Shown piece by piece: positions 57,421 through 64,000 of a stretch of DNA of 64,000 nucleotides. The notes under the pieces were generated by a model, which worked only from the letters and a program-made list of their open reading frames with translations, was not told the DNA's origin and ran no database searches. This DNA is from Thalassobaculaceae bacterium. Lineage in GTDB: Bacteria; Pseudomonadota; Alphaproteobacteria; Thalassobaculales; Thalassobaculaceae. The position numbers were made by a program, and so were the translations under genes. Positions within the stretch are counted from its first letter, which is position 1. Each line of letters opens with the position of its first letter. The stretch lies in contig OZ245843.1 in assembly GCA_965228875.1 (NCBI GenBank), forward strand, positions 1,842,616 to 1,906,615, read 5' to 3'.

Positions 57421-59214
57421 TTATGCCGCGCTCTCCGGTTCGCGGAACTGGAGGGCGTGCAGGCGGGCGTAGGTGCCGCCCCGCTGCACCAGGGCGCGAT
57501 GGTCGCCGCTCTCCACCACCTGCCCCGCCTCGAAGGCGTGGATCACGTCGGCGCCCTGCACCGTGGACAGCCGGTGGGCGATGACAATGGTGGTCCGCCC
57601 CTTCATCAGCCGGCTCAGCGCCGCCTGGATCTGGCGCTCGGATTCGGTGTCCAGCGCACTGGTCGCCTCGTCGAGCAGCAGGATCGGCGCGTCCTTAAGG
57701 ATCGCCCGGGCAATGGCGATGCGCTGGCGCTGGCCGCCGGACAGCTTGGTGCCATGCTCGCCGACACGGGTCTCGTAGCCGTCCGGCAGGTCCTCGATGA
57801 AGCCGTGGGCGGCCGCCGCCTCCGCCGCCGCGCGGACCTCGGCATCGCTCGCGCCGGGCATGCCGAAGCGGATGTTCTCGGCCACCGTGTCGTCGAACAG
57901 CACGATCTCCTGACTGACCAGGGCGACGGCATCGCGCAGGCTGGCCAGGGTCAGCGACCGCACATCGTGACCGGCGATGGCGACCGCCCCCGCCTCGACG
58001 TCGTAAAAACGCGGGATGAGGTTCAGCACCGTGCTCTTGCCGGCACCGCTCGGCCCGACCAGCGCCGTCACCTTGCCGGCGGGCGCGGTCAGGCTGACGC
58101 CGGCCAACGCCTCGGTGCCGTCGGCGTAGCGGAAGCGCACGTCGCGCAGCGCGACTTCCGCCGGCGCGCGGGCCAGCATTTGCGCGTCCGGCGCCTCGGC
58201 GATGGCCGACTGCCGGTCGAGCAGCGCGAACAGCCGCTCCGCCGCCGCCAGCCCTTCCTGCAGGGTCGTGCTCACCTTGCCGAGGCCGCGCAGCGGCTGA
58301 TAGGCCATCAGCACGGCGGCGATGAACGAGAAGAAGGCGCCCGGCGTGGTCGCCCCCTCGATCACCCGGAAGCCGCCATAGACGATGACCGCCGCCACCG
58401 CGATGCCGCCGAAGGCGTCGATGATCGGCTGCACCGCCGCCCGCACCCGGCCCTGACGGTAGGTCAGCTGGAAGATCTCCTCGATCAGCGTGCCGACCCG
58501 TCGGGTCTCGGCCCCCTCCATGGCGTAGGCCTTGATGACCCGGATGCCCTGGAACGCCTGTCCGAGCAGGGTCGTCAGCTCCCCCATCCGCGCCTGGGCG
58601 TCGCCGGAGACCCGGCGCATCCGCTTGCCCAGCCGCTGGATCGGCACCACGGTCAGCGGCGCCACCACCAGCGCGATCAGCGACAGCAGCCAGTCCTGGT
58701 AGACCATCACCATGACCAGGAAGATCACCGACAGCCCGTCGCGCACCAGTCCGACCACGGCGTTCGAAACAGCCTGGCGCAGCGCCTGGACGTCGAAGGT
58801 GAAATGCGAGATCAGCCCGCCGGACGATCGGCTCTGGAACAGGGCGATGTCCTGCTCGAGCAGGTGACCGAACAGCCGAAGCTGCACGTCGGCGACGATG
58901 CGCTGTCCGACGCGCGCCAGCAGCGCGTCCTGGAAATACGACGCCGCCGATTTCAGCGCGAAGGTGGCGATCACCGCGCCGCCGACCAGCCACAGCATGG
59001 AGCGGTCCTGCTCGACGAACACCTTGTCGACCACGGGATCCATCAGCCAGGCGGTCAGCGCGGTGGTCGCCGCGACGATCGCCATGGCCAGCGCCGCGAC
59101 AGCGAGCCACCCCGCATGCGGGCGCACGAATGTCGCCCACAGCCGCCGCATCAGCGGCGCGGAGCGGGCGTCATTCAGGGCAATGCGGGTCTTTTCGGGT
59201 TTCGCCTCGGCCAT
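57421..59214 (-). CDS. msbA: MsbA-like lipid A export ABC transporter
   Basis: TM domain plus GPSGAGKS, LSGGQRQR, LDEATSALD, AHRLST; beside lipid A acyltransferase; start MAEAKPEK. Confidence 0.82.
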   Translation of the reverse strand: MAEAKPEKTRIALNDARSAPLMRRLWATFVRPHAGWLAVAALAMAIVAATTALTAWLMDPVVDKVFVEQDRSMLWLVGGAVIATFALKSAASYFQDALLARVGQRIVADVQLRLFGHLLEQDIALFQSRSSGGLISHFTFDVQALRQAVSNAVVGLVRDGLSVIFLVMVMVYQDWLLSLIALVVAPLTVVPIQRLGKRMRRVSGDAQARMGELTTLLGQAFQGIRVIKAYAMEGAETRRVGTLIEEIFQLTYRQGRVRAAVQPIIDAFGGIAVAAVIVYGGFRVIEGATTPGAFFSFIAAVLMAYQPLRGLGKVSTTLQEGLAAAERLFALLDRQSAIAEAPDAQMLARAPAEVALRDVRFRYADGTEALAGVSLTAPAGKVTALVGPSGAGKSTVLNLIPRFYDVEAGAVAIAGHDVRSLTLASLRDAVALVSQEIVLFDDTVAENIRFGMPGASDAEVRAAAEAAAAHGFIEDLPDGYETRVGEHGTKLSGGQRQRIAIARAILKDAPILLLDEATSALDTESERQIQAALSRLMKGRTTIVIAHRLSTVQGADVIHAFEAGQVVESGDHRALVQRGGTYARLHALQFREPESAA

Positions 59215-59283
59215 CGGGTTCTGATACACGATTGCCCGCATGCGCGCACGCGCCGCCGTCACCCAGGAAACGAAGCCAGCCCC

Positions 59284-59967
59284 GTGGTCGATTTGCCGAA
59301 AACCGCCGAGCCTCCCGCCCCGCTCACCGACGACGCCCGCCGGTCGGCCTGGTGGAACCTGCTGCTGGTGGATCACGGGTTCCTGCGCGAGATCTATCTG
59401 AACAAGCGCCGGGTCGACGACGATCTGTACCGCGCCGCGCAACCGAGCCCGAACCACCTGCGCCGCGCCAGAGCCGACGGTTTCAAGACCATCCTGAACC
59501 TGCGCGGCCCGCGCGACGACGGCCCCTATACGCTGGAGCGCGCCGCCTGCGCCGATCTCGGTCTCACGCTGGTCGACTTCCCGATCCGCTCGCGCTCGGC
59601 CCTCGACCGGCCGACGCTGCTGGCCGCCGTAGATATCTGGAAGACGCTGGAATACCCGGTGCTGATGCACTGCAAGTCGGGGGCCGACCGCACAGGCTTC
59701 ATGGCGACGATGTATCTCTGGCAGCACAGGGGCGTGCCGCTCCGTCAGGCCATGGATCAGCTATCCCTGCGCTACGGCCATGTCCGCCAGGCCAAGACCG
59801 GGGTGATCGACTTCTTCTACGAGCAGTACCTGAATGCCGAGGCCGAGACCGGAATCGGCTTTCGCGACTGGATCGAGACGGTGTACGACCGCGACGCCCT
59901 GAACGCCGCGTTCAAGGAGAACTGGGCGGCGAAGATCATGGTCGACAGGATCCTGCGGCGGGAGTGA
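59284..59967 (+). CDS. Dual-specificity / tyrosine phosphatase family protein
   Basis: YRAAQP, ILNLRG, HCKSGADRTG P-loop; GTG start approximate. Confidence 0.88.
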   Translation: MVDLPKTAEPPAPLTDDARRSAWWNLLLVDHGFLREIYLNKRRVDDDLYRAAQPSPNHLRRARADGFKTILNLRGPRDDGPYTLERAACADLGLTLVDFPIRSRSALDRPTLLAAVDIWKTLEYPVLMHCKSGADRTGFMATMYLWQHRGVPLRQAMDQLSLRYGHVRQAKTGVIDFFYEQYLNAEAETGIGFRDWIETVYDRDALNAAFKENWAAKIMVDRILRRE

Positions 59968-59977
59968 CACTGTCGAC

Positions 59978-60841
59978 ATGACGTTGACGAGGGCCCCCGA
60001 CTATCTGGCCTACGACCGCGACGGCACGCTTGGCATCGACGTGCTGCGGGCCGCCTTCTCCGGCCCCGCCTTCGAGCGCCATGCCCACGCCACCTTCGCC
60101 ATCGGCCTGACCACCAGCGGCCGGCAGAGCTTCAACCATCGCGGCCGGCGCCATACCAGCACGCCCGGGCGGATCATCGCCTTCAATCCCGAGGACCCGC
60201 ATGACGGCGAGGCGGCGGACGAGAGCGGTTTCGCCTACTGGATGCTGTACCCGGATGTCGGGGTCTGGGAACGGGTCCTGGCCGACGCCACGGGCCGCGC
60301 CGAGACACCGTTCTTCGCCGACACGCTGATCCACGACCCGGCGGTGGCGCGCCTCTTCGCCGCGACCATGCCGACCCTTCAGGCCCGGGCGACGGCAACA
60401 GGCGGCACCAGGGAGAGCCTCGCGGCGGAGAGCCGTCTGGAGCTGCTGCTGCTGGCCCTGGCCCTGCGCCACGGCCGCAGCGCCGCGCCCGACACCCGGG
60501 GCGCGGCCGGAGAAGACCGGACCGTACGCCGGGTGCGCGAGATGCTGCATGCGGAGTATGCGCGCGATATCCGCCTCGACGATCTGGCGCGCGAGACCGG
60601 CCGCAGCCGCTTTCAGGTCAACCGGGCGTTCCAGACGGCAACCGGTCTGCCGCCGCACCGATACCTGACCAACATCCGCCTCGAACACGCCCGCGCCCTG
60701 CTGGCGGCTGGAGACGCGCCGGCCGAGGTGGCGGCGGCGGTCGGCTTTGCCGACCAGAGCCACCTGAGCCGGCGCTTCAAGGCGGCGTACGGGGTGACTC
60801 CGGGCCGGTTCCGGGCGGCGTATCTCGGGCGCACGCTCTGA
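59978..60841 (+). CDS. AraC-family regulator
   Basis: Cupin RHAH..., GLPPHRYL, GFADQSHL, YGVTPG. Confidence 0.92.
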   Translation: MTLTRAPDYLAYDRDGTLGIDVLRAAFSGPAFERHAHATFAIGLTTSGRQSFNHRGRRHTSTPGRIIAFNPEDPHDGEAADESGFAYWMLYPDVGVWERVLADATGRAETPFFADTLIHDPAVARLFAATMPTLQARATATGGTRESLAAESRLELLLLALALRHGRSAAPDTRGAAGEDRTVRRVREMLHAEYARDIRLDDLARETGRSRFQVNRAFQTATGLPPHRYLTNIRLEHARALLAAGDAPAEVAAAVGFADQSHLSRRFKAAYGVTPGRFRAAYLGRTL

Positions 60842-60877
60842 GGGCGCTCGGTCTGAGGGCGCTCGGTCTAAGGGCGC
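60837..60877. repeat. 15-bp tandem repeat (TCTGAGGGCGCTCGG, ~2.7 copies) spanning the araC stop
   Basis: tctgagggcgctcgg tctgagggcgctcgg tctaagggcgc. Confidence 0.75.
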
Positions 60878-60957
60878 GCACAACCGTCCAATCCCCACCG
60901 ACCGACGACAGGCCATCCTGGCTCCGATGTCCAGACGATCACCCGGAGCCTCATCAG

Positions 60958-61365
60958 ATGCACGACACCAAGATCTCCATCGCCGTCCGCGACGACCTGG
61001 CGACATGGCAGAAACTCAACGTGGTCGCCTTTCTGGCCAGCGCCGTCGCCGCCCGCCATCCAGAGGCGATCGGGGCGCCGTACCGGGATCGCGACGGTCT
61101 GCGGTACCTGGCGATGCTGGGCCAGCCGGTGCTGATCCTGGCCGGGACCGGCGAGGCGCTGGCCCGTGGGCACCGGCGGGCGCTGGAACGCGGGCTCGAC
61201 CTCGCGGTCTATTCGGAGGGGATGTTCAGAACCGGCAACGACGCGGATAACCGCGCCGTGGTCGCCGGCCTGGCGACCGACGCCCTGGACCTTGTCGGCC
61301 TTGCCACACGGGGCGAGCGCCGGGAGGTCGACAAGGCGTTGAAGGGTTTGAAGCTGCACGCGTAG
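60958..61365 (+). CDS. DUF2000-family protein
   Basis: DTKI..VRDDLATWQKLNVVAFL...LKLH. Confidence 0.85.
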   Translation: MHDTKISIAVRDDLATWQKLNVVAFLASAVAARHPEAIGAPYRDRDGLRYLAMLGQPVLILAGTGEALARGHRRALERGLDLAVYSEGMFRTGNDADNRAVVAGLATDALDLVGLATRGERREVDKALKGLKLHA

Positions 61366-61505
61366 TGCATCCTGCTCGCGATTTTTTCTGTCCCTCCGGA
61401 ATAACGCCCACCCTTGCAGGTCTTACTCATCACAGCGGGCGCAAACCCGAACCGGGCGCGCCCAAGGATCCGTATCGCGCCCCAAGGGCGAGATGGAGGT
61501 ACAAG

Positions 61506-62102
61506 ATGACGCTGAACGACAAAACTCGTAACTCGAAGCTTCTGAGCCTGATCGCCGGCACGTCGCTGCTGGCCCTGAGCGCCGGTCCGGCGCTCGCCGG
61601 CAGCACCTCGGTCGAGACCAAGTCCAGCACCGCCGTCCAGACCGACGCCGCCTCGGCCGACGCGCAGACCGGCGCCGAGATCAAGGCCGACCTGAACAAG
61701 GCCGGCGAGGCAGCCAGCGACACCGCGAAGGCCGTCGGCGACGCCGCCAGCGACGCCGCGACCGCCGCCGAGACCAAGGTGCGCGAGCTGCTCGCCAGCA
61801 ACGACATCGACAGCATCGAAGGCACCGCCGTGCGGGATGCCAACGGCAACTCCGTGGGCGAGGTCGACGGTGTCGTGCGCAGCCGGGTCGACGACGAGCT
61901 GTTCTTCGTGACCGATGTCGGCGGCTTCCTCGGCCTTGGCGAGCGCGAGGTGGCGATCCCGGCCGACGAGTTCACCCGGGCGCAGGATCACTTCATCCTC
62001 GCTTCCATGACCAAGGAGCAGCTGGAGAACCGTCCGGAGTACGACGCCTCGCGGTTCGTCTCCGTGGCGATCGACGCGACCGGTTCGATCACCACGCAGT
62101 AA
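61506..62102 (+). CDS. Secreted PRC-barrel domain protein
   Basis: Signal peptide, Ala-rich linker, GEVDGV, VGGFLGLGEREVAIP; GGAGG RBS. Confidence 0.87.
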   Translation: MTLNDKTRNSKLLSLIAGTSLLALSAGPALAGSTSVETKSSTAVQTDAASADAQTGAEIKADLNKAGEAASDTAKAVGDAASDAATAAETKVRELLASNDIDSIEGTAVRDANGNSVGEVDGVVRSRVDDELFFVTDVGGFLGLGEREVAIPADEFTRAQDHFILASMTKEQLENRPEYDASRFVSVAIDATGSITTQ

Positions 62103-62125
62103 GCGCGACGCTTCCTCAACACGTC

Positions 62126-62157
62126 GACGGCCGCCCTACGGGGCGGCCGTCTCTTTT
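62126..62157 (+). terminator. Rho-independent terminator
   Basis: GACGGCCGCCC-TACG-GGGCGGCCGTC followed by TCTTTT. Confidence 0.85.
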
Positions 62158-62177
62158 CGTGTGCGACGATGCGCCGA

Positions 62178-62804
62178 TCAGGCGTCGGCCGGGATCTCCA
62201 TGCCGCGCTGGACCGCCGGACGCGCCATCAGCGCGTCGAACCAGCGCTTGACGTTCGGATAGTCGGCCAGGTCGACCTTCTGCCACTCGTAGCGCGCGAC
62301 CCAGGGCAGGATGGCGATGTCGGCGATCGAGTACTCATTGTTGGCGACGTAGTCGACGCCTTCCAGACGCGCGTTCAGCACGCCGTAGAGCCGGCGGCAC
62401 TCCTTACCGTAGCGCTCCTTGCCGTAGGGCACGTCGACCTTGGCGGCCCGCTCGAAATGGTGGACCTGACCGAAGATCGGGCCGATGCCGCCCATCTGCC
62501 ACATCAGCCACTGGATCACCTCGTAGCGCCGGGCCGTGTCCTTCGGCATCAGCTTGCCCGACTTCTCGGCGAGGTACATCAGGATCGCGCCGGATTCGAT
62601 GACCGTGTAGGGCTTGCCCTCCGGTCCCTCGGTATCGACGATCGCCGGAATCTTGGAGTTCGGATTGACGGCGATGTACTCCGGGGTGAACTGCACATCC
62701 TGGCCGATCGGGATCGGGTAGACGTTGTAGGGCAGGCCGATCTCCTCGAGCATGATCGACGCCTTGCGCCCGTTCGAGGTCTTCCAGGTGTAGAGTTCGA
62801 TCAT
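62178..62804 (-). CDS. Glutathione S-transferase (YfcG-like)
   Basis: TSNGRK, NPNSKIPAI, ESGAIL, WQMGGIGP, SIADIA; start MIELYTW. Confidence 0.92.
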   Translation of the reverse strand: MIELYTWKTSNGRKASIMLEEIGLPYNVYPIPIGQDVQFTPEYIAVNPNSKIPAIVDTEGPEGKPYTVIESGAILMYLAEKSGKLMPKDTARRYEVIQWLMWQMGGIGPIFGQVHHFERAAKVDVPYGKERYGKECRRLYGVLNARLEGVDYVANNEYSIADIAILPWVARYEWQKVDLADYPNVKRWFDALMARPAVQRGMEIPADA

Positions 62805-62863
62805 CGGGTCAGTCCCCCCTGTTGAAACGTCGGCCGCCACACGCCAGCCGTTGGCGAGGACCC

Positions 62864-62978
62864 TAGAATAGATCACGATCGGATGGAAACATCCGATCGT
62901 GTGAATTTGCTCTGTCTGTAATGACTTAGAGAGCGGTTCACGGATCGGATCAATCTGATCTCAGTCGTTCGCGCTCCC
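62864..62978 (+). repeat. ~115-bp double-hairpin intergenic repeat, copy 5 (right arm degenerate)
   Basis: TAGAATAGATCACGATCGGATGGAAACATCCGATCGTGTGAATTTGCTC...TTAGAGAGCGGTTCACGG...CGCGCTCC. Confidence 0.87.
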
Positions 62979-63097
62979 GTCGAGAGCCGCTGCACATCCG
63001 GCACCTGCCACACCCGAGGCCGGACGGGGCGGACAAGCCGCCGACTGCCTGCTAGACCCGGCACGCAAGCAACCCGGCGTCAATCGGAGACCCGCCC

Positions 63098-63433
63098 GTG
63101 ATCGCCAACTACCTCTTCCTGTTCGTGGCCATCGTCGCTGAAGTCGTCGGCACGACCGCCCTCGCCCGTTCGGACGGCTTCACCCGCCTGACGCCCAGCC
63201 TCATCACCGTGGTCAGCTACGCTGTCGCCTTCTACTGCCTCTCCATCCCGATCCGGGTCATGCCCACCGGCGTGGTCTATGCGATCTGGTCGGGGATGGG
63301 CATCGTCCTGATCAGTTTCGTCGCCTGGTTCTGGTACCGGCAGACCCTCGACTTCGCCGCCCTGCTCGGTCTCGGCTTCATCGTGACCGGCGTCATCATC
63401 GTCAATGTCTTCTCGAAGTCCGTGAGCCACTGA
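63098..63433 (+). CDS. SMR-family small multidrug transporter (EmrE/QacE-like)
   Basis: AIVAEVVGT (conserved Glu), SDGF, YAIWSG; 4 TM, 111 aa. Confidence 0.92.
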   Translation: MIANYLFLFVAIVAEVVGTTALARSDGFTRLTPSLITVVSYAVAFYCLSIPIRVMPTGVVYAIWSGMGIVLISFVAWFWYRQTLDFAALLGLGFIVTGVIIVNVFSKSVSH

Positions 63434-63455
63434 GCGTGGGATGCGCTGAAACCTC

Positions 63456-63929
63456 TCAGATCTCGAAGTCGAACCCCTGGAGGATCATCTCGACGCCGCC
63501 GTCCTTGCCGGCCAGGGGCATGTCGATGGATTCGGCGGCGACATACGGCCTCAGCGAGTGGGCCATGTTTCCGAACATCCGCAGGGGACGACGTTCGCCG
63601 ATCACCCGAACGAAGTGCTGACGCAGGCGCTCCCAGTAGACAGGCTCGTAGACCTCGTCGAGGTAGTTTCCCGTCTCGTCGCGCCCCACAGCCGTCGTCA
63701 CACGCGTGCCCAGAAGCCGGAAACGCAGGCGAAAGGGCGTCGGTTCGACGTCGAGGAGCACGACCCGACCACCAAACCCCATGAGTTCTTCGGCTGAGAG
63801 ATCACTGCGCCTCGGCACGTCGTCGCCGTCACGACGGCTCTCCCAAAGTGCCAGCAGCCGTTGGAGTTCCGGCGACCGCAGCGTGTTGGTCTCATCGATC
63901 TGCCACCAGCCGTCCAGCGGTATCGGCAT
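63456..63929 (-). CDS. Stand-alone PAS-domain protein (PAS_5-like)
   Basis: W...R....PRRSDL, FRLLGT, GRDETG.YLDE, MPL. Confidence 0.82.
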   Translation of the reverse strand: MPIPLDGWWQIDETNTLRSPELQRLLALWESRRDGDDVPRRSDLSAEELMGFGGRVVLLDVEPTPFRLRFRLLGTRVTTAVGRDETGNYLDEVYEPVYWERLRQHFVRVIGERRPLRMFGNMAHSLRPYVAAESIDMPLAGKDGGVEMILQGFDFEI

Positions 63930-64000
63930 CCCCTACCCCCCTGCGACCCTCGACAGGCGAACCAGACAGCGGAGATCACAGGTCAGACAACGGAAAGATT

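Noticed and set aside
57361..59967. 868-aa plus-strand ORF suggesting a large phosphatase fusion
   Set aside because: The first ~640 codons are antisense to msbA; the real gene starts near 59284.
61398..61428. EcfG/sigma-T promoter upstream of the PRC-barrel gene
   Set aside because: GGAAT-N17-GTCTT only partly matches GGAAC-N16/17-CGTT; too weak to call.
207..63979. Numerous long Arg/Pro/Gly-rich alternative-frame ORFs in the track
   Set aside because: Expected shadow ORFs in high-GC DNA; they overlap well-supported genes and lack motifs.

Overview
GC-rich chromosomal window from an alphaproteobacterium; gene content and repeat families are consistent with a Rhodospirillales/Thalassobaculum-like organism (inference). 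It holds about 62 genes: amide/amino-acid catabolic enzymes, a Dpp/Opp-type ABC transporter whose binding-protein gene carries a 1-bp frameshift, an FMN riboswitch ahead of ribH, lysA, cfa, mnmC, lpxL/msbA, two sensor kinases and three stand-alone PAS proteins. The standout is a 1.73-kb integrative element (37644-39385) encoding only an XRE-HTH protein and a tyrosine integrase. It is bounded by a 14-bp direct repeat, TAGATGTCGATCAT, and sits inside a small conserved gene. It supplies that gene with a synonymously recoded replacement 3' end (39287-39385), while the displaced 3' end remains intact at 37556-37657. The reconstructed attP core is a perfect CGTAGAT-N7-ATCTACG inverted repeat. Also present: five copies of a ~115-bp double-hairpin intergenic repeat (three supply a neighbouring gene's stop codon), a CGTC-type REP, an uncharacterised four-gene ferric-reductase/Rieske operon, and a fold-IV aminotransferase with His at the usual PLP-lysine position. 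No rRNA, tRNA or CRISPR array was recognised.
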